This document shows positions 1 to 13,065 of a stretch of 64,000 nt of DNA, in pieces; position 1 is the first letter of the stretch, and each line of letters opens with the position of its first letter. A program made the position numbers and the translations under genes. The notes below the pieces were generated by a model that saw only the letters and a program-made list of their open reading frames with translations, was not told where the DNA came from and made no database searches. The stretch comes from Spongospora subterranea f. sp. subterranea (lineage: Eukaryota): NCBI GenBank assembly GCA_049724395.1, contig JAUGWO010000016.1, positions 62,001 to 126,000 of the forward strand. The letters are read 5' to 3'.

Positions 1-1521
1 AAGAGAATATCTTCCGTGAAATGGTTCAGGATTTGACGGAATTCTGTGTAGGATTCAAAACATCAGGTTCAAATCGTTGACTGAGTTGACTGCTTTAGAG
101 GGTGCTGAAAAGGTTGTTCAGCGCACTTACAACAGACGTGAGTCTGCTGTTCTATTATACACATACTGGCTTTCAGTAAAATACGCTGTTTAGCCTATAG
201 AGTGTTGATCAAATGCAAGTGCAAAGATGGTCCACCGGCAATAATGAGGCTTGCTGGGGATGATAATGCGAATCCCGTATTGAGTCCTCCCGGCTTTAAA
301 CAGAATCCAAAACCAGATGACTGCAAAGCTGCTACATTTGGTCCAACAACAGCCAATACCAAACTGCAGGAAACAGATGATAAAGGAAACAAAACCGAGT
401 GCGACGACAATGCTGATCATTATGACGCTATAGGCACTTCGAAACTAGAGGTTCCTAGCTTCAAAATTGTGGAACGAGGTAGGAGGAACTCTGGCTGACC
501 TCAACGCTTCTGAAGATTGATTCTCTTAGGGCAGTTCCAACTATCCGATTGCACTCTTAACTCCCCGTTAGTGGGGTCAACTCGCCCGAAGTTCATTGTC
601 GTCAAAATTGATCTACCAGCTGTTGTAGGTTAACTTGATAGAACTTATTCTGCGCCTATTGATATTTTCCACAAGACACATCTTGCCGACAGGTCCGGTG
701 TCGAACTCGACGTAGCAGCTGACCATATTTCTTTCGAAATCAAAAACTTATATGCGCCTCTTCGTATACAGCTGCCATACACTGTTGATCAGGATAGCGG
801 TAAAGCGCGGTTTAGCAGTACTGACCATGTGTTATCTGTCACCTTGCCGGTAGTTCAAACCCAACCTGTATTAGCCTATCCTAAGGTCATCCGATTGCTA
901 AAAGAATTTTCTGCGATTGACATTTATTGGTTAAGGATCCTACGGCTGATGTTCACGAAGCAGTCAAGATAGAAACAAGTCCTGATCCGAAACCATCATC
1001 AGTCAACGTCAGATAATGCCATTGCCACTATGATTTCTTCCTTTTTTTTACACTAATCATAGGGAAGGCATCTAAGCAATTTCGAAAGCCAAGGGCACGA
1101 CGATCAGGTTATCAATGCAGTATCTGCCGATACTGAGGCTGAAAATTCATCTGAAATCGCTAAAACCGATTCGACGTCAACGATCGAAAACGATAAAACA
1201 GTTCTTTCTTCTCCGTTCGTTGAGAATTTGTCAAAGACTAGCAACTATACAGGCGATGACAATGCAGCAGGAACCGACAGCGGGGCAGACATTGACACTG
1301 AGCGCAGCTCACATCAGGTGACCTCGGCTTCCAATGCAACCGAACCCAATGAATCGCAGGAAACCGTCATAGATTGTGCTCTTGGGAATCTTGATACAAC
1401 GGTACGAGGAATCATGCTGCCGATTCCTGGATTGCAAACTAACATCATTCCTTGGTAGGATATTCAATCAACAGTGCGAAGGAATGGACTACGCAACGGA
1501 GTCATGTTCAACATAGATTGA
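1..1521 (+). CDS. DNAAF2: PIH1-domain dynein assembly factor (kintoun/PF13-like), 3' part, multi-exon, 5' end outside window
   Basis: Manual translation of exons gives IRFKSLTELTALEGAEK (PIH1 core), a CS-like segment VSGVELDVAADHISFEIKNLYAPLRIQLPYTVDQDSGKARFSSTDHVLSVTLPV, and a C-terminus LRNGVMFNID* (TGA 1519-1521) like the kintoun-type FxNxLxYDLD end. Short GT-AG introns lie between the exons. Confidence 0.75.
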
Positions 1522-1999
1522 AAGTAAAACGAGAGGAACGATAAACAAAAAACCTGTTTACATGATTACCAATATTTGAATATAGCATTTTTACGGCGTC
1601 TTGAAATTAAACATCGCCGAACTGCAAAGTCCGGTTTCTGATTGCGGATCCTGCGCCATTTCCGTATTGACACTACTCTGAACTTTAGACTACCGTAATC
1701 ACCCGAGGCTGGGCGCTGTATGCAAGTTTGCCTTCCGAAACGGTCCAGTGTTAAGATGGAAGTAAAACTCTCATAGAGCGCCTCAGCAAAATACAACGCA
1801 TAGGGGTGTATTATCAACACTTCCTTATGTAGCAAAAAAGTGGGCTTTGTATTCGAATACAACGCGTATGTGAAAGTCACTTAAAAAAATAGTAACAAAG
1901 TACGTGTAGCACCTGAAGGCCCAAACGTAGCACCTAAAGGTTCAAACGAGCACGAGAAATGCAGACAGGGCAAGGCTGCTTATCAAGAGAAACAATTGA

Positions 2000-4347
2000 A
2001 GCCAGCATGACCCGTCGGACACGCGGGGACCTCGCCTGCGATGGAAGCGACAGTGCTCTGCGGAAACGGTCATGTTCATCGGTGTGTCAACCCTTCAATC
2101 CATAATAGGACGCGTTGCCCTTCCAAGGTAATTTCCCGTGATGGTGAAAATCAAGTTCAAACAAGAACGGTCGATTCCTCGGTTTCCGCGTTCGTTGTCT
2201 CGGTGCCCGAAGAAGTCAGACTCCCGGCGGGTCGAACAAGTTCGACTCTATAAAGGAAAGCGATGCCATCAGGTCGAACAAGGCTGTGAAAACATCCAAC
2301 CATCTGAAGATGCCGAACTGGCAGAACCCGTCAATTTGACACAAAGTTTTGGAAAAATTTGAACCATTTTTTTCAGATCGACGTTGATGGCCTTCCCAGC
2401 ATGGCGCAGAACAATTCCTCCAGCAGCGAAGATGTCGGCCGATGGCGTTTGCCTTGTATATCAACGATTATTATGATGAAGAAGCATCGTGTCCACGACT
2501 GCAAAACTGTTTAATTTAGTTCAAACTGGTGTTCATTTTGCCAGAACCATGAGCAGAAAACCAGGAAGCAGTTCCAAAGCTGCAAGGCTAAGCCTGACTG
2601 CCAACGGCGCGATCAAGCCCAACATATGGCGTATCTCGAATTACAGGCAGCCCCACTTGCCGGTTCGCTGAAGAAGATTGATGGCATTCAATAATCGGTA
2701 CGGGGCCATTTCCGTTGACAGAATGACCAGCCTGACTTCAGTATGGCCTTGCAGCTTTTGAACCGCGTCCTGAGTTTGTTTTTCCATTTCACAGATTGCC
2801 ATCAGTTTGAACTCTAATCAAAAGGACAGTTTGACCTTCAGCTGCAAACGTATCAATCCCGAATGGTTCAAATGCCCCAACTCGAAAGTCGACACGCGGG
2901 CAGTGCCTTCATTTGAAAAAACTGTTCGACATAGAACTCCCAGGCTACGAAATGTCGGCAGTATTTGAAGCTTTCTTGAATCGGGCCTCGATATGCAGGA
3001 CATCGTTCCTTTAGAGCGAGATTGCTTAGTTCGCTGGTCCACGCCTGCTCCGCTGCGCCGTCGAAGCAACTGCCGGCAATCGGCCCGACTTCTTAGGCAC
3101 TCTCGCTCGCTGCCGACTTCGCTGGTTGGTGAGCTCAATTCTCGTGTAATCTCGGGGTAGTTGGCCTGGTCTGGACAATCGGTGCCGTTGGCGTGAACAT
3201 GCGATGATCTCAAGTAAATCCATTTTTGATGTCTAGCGAACTTGCGGGCGGGGGACTGACCATCTGTCGCGAACAAGCCAGCTCATCCTTTACACTACCG
3301 CAGGGAAAAATGGCGGCTTTCGCAAGATCAGAGAGATACCTTACGTAATTTGCTAAACTGCTTGGTATTACAAAGCGTGCCACGTCAAAACGTATCGACT
3401 GGAACAATTTGTTCAAATCCCGGTCTTATTTCTGTGCCAATTTCAATCAAGCTTCAACAGATTTCGATGGAAATTGTCTGAATTTGCAAAAAAAAACAAA
3501 ACAAAAAAACAGCAGTTGTGGGCGCAGCCTGTTGGCCATTACATTTTTACATCTGACTTACAGTATGGCGCAACCCAGTATCGGTCCATCCTTGTCAGAT
3601 GTGGAGCAAAATCATGAAATTGATAAACCCGACGAAGGCAAAGGTTGACCCTTGGTTGGTCGAGTCCATGCTCGCCTGCCCGCTGACAAAACGACCATTG
3701 AGGGCCGAAGGCTGCGGCCGGTTGATCAGCGACGAGATAGGTCAGGGGGGTTTTGGCGCTGGCCCTGGCCACTGGTGTTGAATATAGCCAACAGGGGTCA
3801 GCTATGCTGTCGTGGAGGGAAGCGTACCAGATTTACGGCCAGATAGTTCAACGACCGTCAAACTTGATGCACAAAGTCATTGATACGGTATCGATGTCCA
3901 ATATTTTTATTTTAGCGGCCGCGAATAGCACGAGATGACATTAAATATGGAGAATATACTCGGCGATTCTTGTTTCATCCACGGTTTGCTGGTCTCAGCA
4001 TCATTCGGTTTATTCTGGCTTTCATCGAATCCCGATCTGGTCAACATTGCCCCCGAGTTCAGGTCTCCGGTTCTGTGCGATCTCAGTACCGATTTCCTAT
4101 TCGCAGATGCCGGTGCATCGCTGGGCCTTTTCTGTGGTCGTCGACGCTTAATCTCATGCCATTCGCCATTATTGGCGTCGATCGTGACCGCGTCTGTGAT
4201 AGGTTCTGGAACCGGTTTTACCGGAGACACAGCCTGATCCTTCTCTTCTTCTTCCGAGCCAGACGATGTCCCATTTTGGATGGTTGAGAAATAGTTGCTC
4301 GGCGGCTCTATATGAGCAACTTTCACAATTGACCTTCTTTTCCCCAT
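2000..4347 (-). CDS. Hypothetical multi-exon protein with a low-complexity N-terminus; exon structure and 3' end uncertain
   Basis: 146-aa ORF 3907-4347 starts with ATG and is charged and disordered. Further minus-strand coding-like pieces with GT donors follow (e.g. near 3560, and a coiled-coil-like stretch near 2700-2815). No family recognised. Confidence 0.3.
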
Positions 4348-4524
4348 GATACAGATCTCGCTTATAGATTTACGATCGCATGTATAACGATGAGCTAGTA
4401 TTAGGTGAATATCTTAGGGTTAATTTTCACAATCGTTATCAATTCCCTGTTAGTCGTTTCCATCGTCATTTAGGATTCAGAAATGAGGAAACGTTCGTTC
4501 TCCATTGTCGGGTTTCTGTATTGT

Positions 4525-5110
4525 TTAAGCACGGAATAGGATCAGAACAAATAATGACGCAATGGTGGCGAACAGTGTGATGAATGTGGCCATGATGATG
4601 ATGAACGCCGACGGTGCGTATTGGCCTTTATCCAGCGCCTCTTTTAACTGTACGGGACGTGGTCAGCATCTGCCGGGTTCATAATCCCCCTTCCCGAACA
4701 CTCACATTGTTGTATCTCAAATACGCCTGAACCAGCAATAGTATTCCTGCAGACACGAACGTGATCCCGATTGCCAATGAAGCTGTTCCGCTCGACAACT
4801 TCGTAAATACCAGCCCGAATCCTTGATCCAGAAACCCCATCAATCGCCAATTTTGCTAATCATCACGTGGGGAACTGACCTACGAACGCCATCACTGTTC
4901 GAATCCACGACTATCGAAATATGTGAGAATTACTCAATTATGAAAACTGTGGAGGTTTCTCACCAAGTACGTCCTCTCGTTCGACAGATGATTGCGAGCA
5001 TTATCAGTGAATGCAAGGGTGTTGCTCAGAGCAGCTCCTGGCTCTGGCGACCTCACCGGATGGGCGTTCAAGTCTTGGACCGGTTCATTCATCTGCCGCT
5101 GTTCGGTCAT
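4525..5110 (-). CDS. DUF202 (YidH/VTC1-like) small membrane protein, 4 exons
   Basis: Spliced translation MTEQRQ...NARNHLSNERTYL|SWIRTVMAFVG|FGLVFTKLSSGTASLAIGITFVSAGILLLVQAYLRYNN|...FIIIMATFITLFATIASLFVLILFRA* carries the DUF202 R-x-H-L-x-NERT-x-L-x-WIRT motif and three hydrophobic helices. Not captured by the ORF track. Confidence 0.85.
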
Positions 5111-6067
5111 TGGGTAATTTCTCCGTTTGTAAATTCATGGATCAGGCTCTTTTCTATATCATAACCCATCAAATAAGTCTTCAATATAAATTATCAGGAT
5201 CTCATCTTTTGTATAGACCCTCGCTCAACAACACTTCTGACATTTCGGCCACATCAGTAGTATAAATACCCAAATTTTAATAATGATGGCAGAGGCATGG
5301 GACAGCATATTCTTCAATGAGAAGGTGACTATAGCGATATATATTGCTGTTTGGGTCAGAATGGACATCTGTTGCAATCTCAGTTTGACCGTCAATAACT
5401 GCAAGAGCGTTGCGTGGTCAGGTGCCCATCAGTTCAATAACGCCGAATTACAACTTGCGGAATAGGTTGTTTATGAAACCACTGCGGGCGACAAGAGTCC
5501 TTGAAACCTAGGCAAACCTTGCTGGACAACAACTTCCACCAGAAAAAAATCACTGATAGGCTATCTCACTGAATCTGCAGATGGCCAGTGCCATCTCTAC
5601 AATGCTTTGCACGTGAACCGCCTACCGTTCTTTCGATAATTGTCTTTCCACGCTTTGCACAAAAGCAAACGCCCTTTGCAGTGAGGGCAGGTCGACGATG
5701 ACCCCGAAAAAAAGAAAGTGGTTGATTATACGTTGGAAAGCCCCGGAATGGGCTGGCCCTCGCTTCATAAAGACGTATTGAACAAATTGGAAAACAGTTG
5801 CATCCCCCTTCTGACATGTTCAACTGGCGATAGACTAAAAATTGCAACAAGGCAAGAATAGAAGTCGAAAACGGTTTCTACGAGGCCAGAAAGGATTTGC
5901 AGCATCACTGGCGATATTGCCGCCCAGTGTAAATAACTCAGACTGGTTGAAGGGTCCTCCACAGTCATTTGTCGGACAATATTTCACTGAGCCCACTGGG
6001 CCATCGCACTGTAAATTGCCGGCTACAGTATCAACTATCATCATTGCTGCAACATTTCTGCTGCTCT

Positions 6068-7109
6068 ATGAATCCATCTGCTCTTGATCAAAATCCCAGG
6101 GATTCTTCATCGTCTACCAGATTGTCGCCTCTCGAGGCGCTGCAATCAGGAGAGAATCTTCCGGAGCTGAAGAGGTACAAAGTGTATGTCGATGGGCAAG
6201 AAGGAACAACGGGTCTGCGGATTCATGATTACTTATCGCAGCGTACAGATGTTGAAATTATTCGCATTGATTCCGAGTGTCGACGTGATGTTAACGCTCG
6301 TCGAGCAACAATGAACATGGCCGATATTGTATTTCTCTGCCTACCCGATCATGCTGCTATCGAAGCCAGCAAACTGGTCGACAATCCCAGCACCTGTATT
6401 ATCGACGCCAGCACCGCTCATCGTCTTTCACCGGATTGGGTATACGGCTTACCAGAGCTATCAGCAGGTCAACGCGCCGCCATGACTTCCAGCAAAAGAA
6501 TCGCCAATCCCGGCTGCCACGCCACAGCATTTATCCTACTGATGCGCCCTCTAGTCGACGCTAACATCGTCAAATCGTCAACCAGAATTTCCTGCCAATT
6601 CCATAACCGGATATTCCGGAGGAGGAAAAACAATGATCGCCAGATGGTCAGACGGAACTAACAGAGCGCCTCGTCCATATGCTCTCGGATTAGATCACAA
6701 ACATATCCCCGAGATGATGAGGTTTACAGGTTTAACAGTTAAACCTATATTTTTGCCGATCGTCGGCAATTTCCATAGCGGATTGGCGGTCATTGTTTCC
6801 CTGGATTTATACCAGCTGAAGACGACGGCGTCTGATATCCATCGAGCGCTTGAGGTTCGCTATGCCGACGAACAGTTCGTTCGTGTGATGCCAATGTCGA
6901 ATCCACCGTTGATGGAAAACGGGCAATTCGATATCCAGGGCGCGGTCGGCACCAATTGCATCGACCTATTCGTATTCGCAGACGACGACGACGAACAAGC
7001 GGTTCTCGTGGCCAGGATCGACAATCTAGGGAAGGGAGCGTGTGGCGCTGCAATTCAGGCGATGAACATCCACCTTGGCTGCGACGAACGAGAAGGTCTC
7101 CTAGATTGA
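6068..7109 (+). CDS. argC: N-acetyl-gamma-glutamyl-phosphate reductase, bacterial type 2 form; intronless, with a +1 frameshift at about 6595-6596
   Basis: Motifs [37 protein letters not shown] and IANPGCHAT are followed in the next frame by [26 protein letters not shown] and [19 protein letters not shown]. Removing one C from TGCCAAT joins the two ORFs. Confidence 0.9.
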
Positions 7110-7299
7110 CCCGCTGTCTCGTTTAGTTCAATGGTGTCGCCATTTCCTAAATATCTACACTGAATAAATGGTTCTTCGCAACTGTAATATTTACGTCGGC
7201 CTAGCTGATAAACTGCAATTCCTTCTTGATACCGTATTTGCTGCTCCCAGGGCCAAGAAAATTAAAGTGCAGAGCAGAACGAAGGAAGATAGATTGTCA

Positions 7300-8090
7300 A
7301 CGGTCAAAGAGCAAAAGGGAACCAAAAACTACAAACGACGAGCTTGCGTTAGGACTAATCTGGACTTTTGGATACCGAAACATGAGGGCGTTTAAAGTGT
7401 ATAAAAATCGGCTGTAGAGTGTCCGGTCAAAATGGACCTGGGCGACATTAAATACCAACTCATGGAGCCAATAGGCATCGGACCAGGGGACACCCTTTTA
7501 TGCCGGGCAACGGCAACGCGATTGTGGCATTCATTACCAATCCGCGATCATCTTGTTCAAAACCCATCTCAGCAATCCAGTGAGCCAGACGACGGCATCG
7601 TCGACAAGGGAGTCAGTCGCTTTCAGAGCGTTGCTCTCTTTGATCGACCACATACAGGTCGTCCTACTTGTTCCAATGGCGACGATACAGTTGTGCGCTC
7701 TGGAAGCGACTGAAGTACGGCAGGCGACGATTCGGCAGAACTGCTGTCGAACCATGATCCTGAACATAATCAGAAACGGGACGCTGCTGAGCCTCCACAA
7801 CACCTATGACCCAAGGCGAAACAACTGGATTCGTCGTATATCGTCCCGCTGTCCAAGGACATCTCTGAGATCGCCCGTCAGCACTGTGCTCAGGTCGAAC
7901 AGACAATCTGTGAAATGACGAAGGGGTTCATGAAATACGAACAGGTTCGGGGATCACGTGATTACGTACAGGCTGAAGGGAGTTATCCAACACTTCATTG
8001 ACTATCGCCACGCAGGTAATTCTTGGATGTAGAATCTTACAGTTAGGATGATTACGTTGGGAATGATGCAATGGTGACCAGAAAGGCAGT
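7300..8090 (+). mobile_element. Possible highly decayed Ty3/gypsy integrase remnant
   Basis: Fragments SDQGTPF...CGIHYQS, DGIVDK and FRALLS in different frames resemble the rve core (SDQGTHF, GIxH, NGxVER). Many stops and frameshifts. Confidence 0.3.
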
Positions 8091-8098
8091 TAGAATAT

Positions 8099-8737
8099 TT
8101 AAAAGCATAATTTATTACCAGTGTATGATGCGGGACCAAATCTTTGCTCCCGAGCATACCCCCTCAATCTTGATGATCGTAGACGACGGCTGACAAAGAA
8201 TCCGGCAGCGATTGCGAATAACTGGGTGAGACCGAGAACAGCACCTGCTCGAGCAACGACATGTTGATGACTCGATAAAACCGACGAAAACAACAAATCT
8301 GAACATGAAGTTGCACCGTTATTACAAGCATTATTGTGCTCGAACGCGATTTTTTCTTTCGAAGTCAATAAGAAAAACCAGAAAAATTGATTTCTGGTGG
8401 AAGACCCCAGGATCGCCAGCAATCCGGCCAAGCAGAGTTGGAGAAGCAAGAAGCCCGACTGGAAGATGGAGGAAAAGTAGATGATAGCATCGGCCGTCAA
8501 TAATGATCCGATCACATAGAACACCGACGGGATAAGCAAGAGGCCGGCAAACAATCGCCAATACGCACGTTCAGCCAAGATATGTGCCTCATTAATCAGT
8601 GTAGAAAGAGATAATGGCGATGAGCTCACACAGAGAATATTGATCGATACCAAGAGCGTCGTGAACGTAGCCAGCATGAACGAATCCCGGATGAGTAAAA
8701 CGCAGCGAGAGATTTTTGTCTTGGACGCGAATTTCAT
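8099..8737 (-). CDS. Hypothetical multi-pass membrane protein (about 4 TM, tetraspanin-like layout)
   Basis: 212-aa ORF with four hydrophobic segments, a Cys-containing loop before the last helix (ACNNGATSC) and a basic C-terminal tail. Confidence 0.45.
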   Translation of the reverse strand: MKFASKTKISRCVLLIRDSFMLATFTTLLVSINILCVSSSPLSLSTLINEAHILAERAYWRLFAGLLLIPSVFYVIGSLLTADAIIYFSSIFQSGFLLLQLCLAGLLAILGSSTRNQFFWFFLLTSKEKIAFEHNNACNNGATSCSDLLFSSVLSSHQHVVARAGAVLGLTQLFAIAAGFFVSRRLRSSRLRGYAREQRFGPASYTGNKLCF

Positions 8738-9311
8738 ACTTCCCCTGATGCGGACCCGCTTCAGCCGGGGCTAGAGTCTGAAATTATGGCGAAATTTGGC
8801 ACAGGAAACAGAACCCAGCCGCTTCAGCAGAGAATTGCGTCTGGAGCTATCGTCAAAATCGGAAGAAAAAACAGACCCAGTTGATGAAGCAGGGGATCAA
8901 AGGCGACTTGAAATGGACGACAGATCCATGCGCTGGCGTGGCCAACTTGCCGCCCATGGGGGGGGGGGGGGGGGGTTCCGGGACACGGTGTTACCACTGT
9001 GTACTGTATCCGTCGTCGAGTGCGCGAAACGTAAAAACCAAGTTGGCGTCAGAGTGACGTAACGTGTGTCGTGTCGGGACAGAGGGGCAATAGCTGGCAA
9101 TAGTCTTTTTGGACTGTCCTTGGCCAGTTATTTTGTGACGATTGGTCCGTGACGAGTTTTTTTTGGTTTTCTCGAGAATCACGGAGACCGGGGCTTCGAA
9201 ATCTGAGAGCCACTTCGCCCATGTTGTAATGCTTCACGTTGGAAAACAAAATTCATGAGCTGTGCGTAGATGTAGTAAATAATTGGGAATGTATATTATG
9301 GAAAACTTTCA

Positions 9312-10514
9312 CTATAATTGGGATTTTGATATCAAGTCCGGCCAAGATTGTCTGCCGATCGGAGTCAAGGAGATTCGAGTGTCCGTACTGGCACGAAACA
9401 GACCCGATGTGTTCTTGTTGGCGCAATGAACAGTTTTCACGTTGAAGATGAACATGTCGCCAGGATCCAGCGGCTCAAACGGAACACTCCAACGCAACGA
9501 TTTGCTAAGCGATTTCGGAAGCTGTTCATTGCGTCGCGGGCGGTCATAGCCGGTGGAGTTGTGTGATCCAGACACGAACGCCAGCGTACTGTTAGGTATG
9601 TCGATATGCCCCAATGCTGTCCAACACGTGTAAAGATGAAGTGGACTGTCAGCACAGCTTTGGCAATGCCACGTCGCATTAGATTTTGCAGGCCTCGCTG
9701 TCTCGTCCACACATTTCTCATGGTAATCCCGATGACACAATTCACAGGTGAGCGATATTCCTTTTTTCGCCGGTCCCTTACATTCAGGGCACGATACAAT
9801 ATCGACCGGAACAGGGTTTCCTTGACCGTATTTCTCGAACATATCTGTAGATCGCTTGAAATAGTAGTAGTCGACGTGCTCAATGGTCACATCGCCTAGG
9901 TAAGTACAGAAATTAAGCATTGATGATTGAGAAAACATCAGTAAATGTTAACCTTTGCCTTTGAGACGAAGCCACGTATTATCAGGAAGAGTCTCAAACT
10001 TATCGGCACCCCCGAATAACATTTGTAGAAACGAACGAAGAGCTTTACCATCGAATACGTCTGCCATTGTTTGGGAAGTACCGACGTCAAGCCATCCTTC
10101 AACATCATCATCACGGTCGTCAGTCAAACCGCCAGATAACGCATCGACAGTGAATCCCGGAATATAGCGCCCATCGTCATCGCAACCGATGATTCCGTCA
10201 CGATAATCAGTTCCAGGAGCCAACGCACCCTTGTCGGTTATGGTTTTCAGTAATAGATGGCGAGCATTGAGAGCGGTCTGTTGTGGGATCAGCCCACGAA
10301 CCAGAATAACTCCATCAGAATGAAGACGGGACCTTAAACCGTCAAAATCACCAATCTTGAACAGATCAGTGGAATCCTGCAACGGCAAGAGATGGTTCGC
10401 TTTCACTTTTTGGTTGCCAAACTGAAGGACACGGCTTTTGGGGACGCCATTCAGCTGCACCTTCGCACGGCTAACGCCAGGTTTACGAGAGCGGCCAGTG
10501 ATAATTCGAGTCAT
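9312..10514 (-). CDS. PhyH-family 2-oxoglutarate/Fe(II) dioxygenase with an internal PHD finger, 2 exons (intron 9896-9952)
   Basis: PhyH-like motifs are LRSRLHSDGVILVRGLI, WLRLKGKG-DVTIEHVD (HxD), YTCWTALG, LAFVSGSH, PGDMFIFNVKTVHCANKN (distal His) and RASTDTR. The C4HC3 finger CPEC..CELC..YHEKC..WHCQSC lies at 9654-9791. Confidence 0.85.
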
Positions 10515-12072
10515 CGAGCAGCCTCGTCAATCTCAGTCCAAGATCGGTAGAGACGACGGGAGCGGCGGCTGATTAAGGATGATAGAGTCGTTTGGAGGCC
10601 CAACCCAGGCAATACACAATGGATACGATATTTTAATCTGTAGGTTGACGAGAGTGTCCTATGACGGCGATGGGACACCATACACCGTCCCTGGGGCAAA
10701 CGGTCGGTCTGGGCCGGCCCCGCCAAATGCTCACGTTCGCCACCCGTCAACTGGTGGCGACATGTAACGACGGGTCGACGATCGAGAGTTGACTGTAGAG
10801 TAACGTGAGATGGTTCACGGTGGTGTATATTAGAGTAGAGTGAGGCGATGAGTTGTCGCCAGATGATCCATCATCCAGCGAACCGTGCGACAATAAACAA
10901 TCAAGATCCAAACTGAAATCGTGAACGTCTGGGTTTCGCCACGATCAACGCTTTGAATTTTAGTATAAATATAAGCTCATTGAACGCCATTTTTTTTAGG
11001 AGTTTCTTTAACTTGTTTGAGAACTGTTTTTTGTTCCAAAAGTGGATCAAGTGGCCCAATGGGCACGGTCCCAACTCCGATGGAGGGCGTGTAAATGCAG
11101 CATGTTTTCATGGCTGGCGTCTTGCAACAACCCAAACTATACGGTCAAACTGGGAAAAAGGAAAAAAAAAGAAAACAGCGGAAAGATTGTCAGTTGTGAT
11201 GTAGCTGTTTCAGGATGATGTAGGTTTGTTTCAATGGAAACGCTGCCGTATACAAGATCAAATGGCATTCGGGAGAGGAACCGAAACGGTAACCGATTAC
11301 GAAACTTGACTTCTTCTGGACCTCCAACAAACCTCGGTTGTGAAAACGTTGCCATTCACTGACCCAACACAGCCAGCAATTCCAATTAGCCATTCTCAAT
11401 GAGGTTAATATTTTTAATCAAAATGGGCAGATCTCCCTGGAGTTTTGTATCCAAAGCATTATTTGAGCCCTTTGCCCGATCCTTTTTCCTATCCTTTCTA
11501 TGCCTGTATTCAGTGTGGGATCATACTAAGGTAGGAAGTGCTGGCAGAGTTGTGTTCTTGAACGACGGCGTTCACCAGAATCGAACTTTGTTGGAGAAAC
11601 TGAGTTCCAGTTAGAAGTCAATATCGTCGACTGGTGAATCAATCACGTTCCCCGTTTCGGTTCCTCTTCCGAATGGCATTTGATCCATTCTGAAACAGCC
11701 GATATCACATTAAGCGATAACTCCCAATCTGTCCGCTGTTTGTTTTTTCTGGTCGCGTTCGTCGTTTATAAACACTCAAAATGCAGGAAATCAGTCAACA
11801 AGGTCAAGTATATCGTGAAAATTGCGTTTGCGATGAGCTTAATCGAGCTCAATGTTATTTTTTGGCGATTTGAGTTGAAGGGCTAGTACCGTCGTTGTGT
11901 TCCACATCATCCGCCATTGAGTCAGTACATGCTCGTCTTCGACCAAACTCGGGTTTTACATCACGATAACGATTAGACCCTGAAGCGCCGCATCATCGAC
12001 TTCCTGGTTTTCGGCTATCAACGACAGGTGTTGGATTTGTGGTCACTTCTGGAAATGTTGTCGGAGGTTGTG

Positions 12073-12074
<2 letters not shown>

Positions 12075-12104
<30 letters not shown>
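12075..12104. repeat. (TC)n microsatellite, about 15 units
   Basis: Read directly from the sequence. Confidence 0.95.
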
Positions 12105-12108
<4 letters not shown>

Positions 12109-13065
12109 AACAAACGAACCGAACTCGTTTTTGGTACAGTGCTTTAACGACCGGTTGAGCTGTTCACGGTTGAGGTGAGCCAACAGATGCCTCGAACGAA
12201 CCGCCTGATCCCGCCTCAACTTCACCCAGATCAACGGTGGCTATCGGATCATCGCCCATAAAATTGATAGCCGCTTTTGTGAAAAACGACAAAACCAGTT
12301 CTCAAATTCCCCTTTACCCGTATTCGAACTCTGATGAATTGTTTCACCATCAGAAGGTGTCTTTTCACTCACCATTCCGGGAACTGCCAATAACGACCTT
12401 AGACAACGGCCGATGGCCACGATTGTTAGGGGTTCGTCGGGCCAGATCATGACAGCGATCAGGCTCTCCCGGCCCAATCTCAACCTGAACATAATTCAGT
12501 CCCTGGTAGAGTCAGCCCCTCACCTCATTCTGTATTGCCCCGTTTTAAACGAACCCGTTCAAATAAATCCAATCAAATCCAATTTTTCTTCCTGTTCCTC
12601 TACACATAATCATCAACAGAACCGCCACCTCATCCGACCCCATTCCTGTCCAACAAATGTGTTTTTCGGGTCAACAAAATTCGTCAGCGATTTTTACGAG
12701 AAACTCGTTGAGTGTCTTGTAATGATAATGCTCATAAAACATCGATCCGTCAGCGACAAATTACAGCCAGAGCAATCCTGACCGTGAGAACCCGTTAATT
12801 TTATTGACAAGTTATGAGATGAAGATGAGCCCCCTCCCCGGTCCAACATCCAATCTGTTAGACCCAATATCGTAGTAGTTACAGGTTTCGCCAACTCTGT
12901 TCGTTCGGCACAATCTCTCGGGGATTTCCACGATCGACGAGCCGTTCCTCGTCCCGGGATTCGCGGAGTTGCCCGGATGGCGAAAAAACGCGAGGGGCGA
13001 GAGGGAAGGTGGAAATGGAATTATCGCCCCTTAATCCCGCCGATTAATCGCCGATAATCAGAAGA

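Noticed and set aside
1907..1955. About 21-bp duplication GTAGCACCT(G/A)AAGG..CAAAC
   Set aside because: Only about two copies; no evident significance.
8957..8975. Long poly-G run, potential G-quadruplex
   Set aside because: A simple homopolymer of unreliable length with no supporting context.
11130..12900. Possible fragmented minus-strand multi-exon gene
   Set aside because: Some splice-like sites are present, but I could not build a consistent model or recognise a domain.
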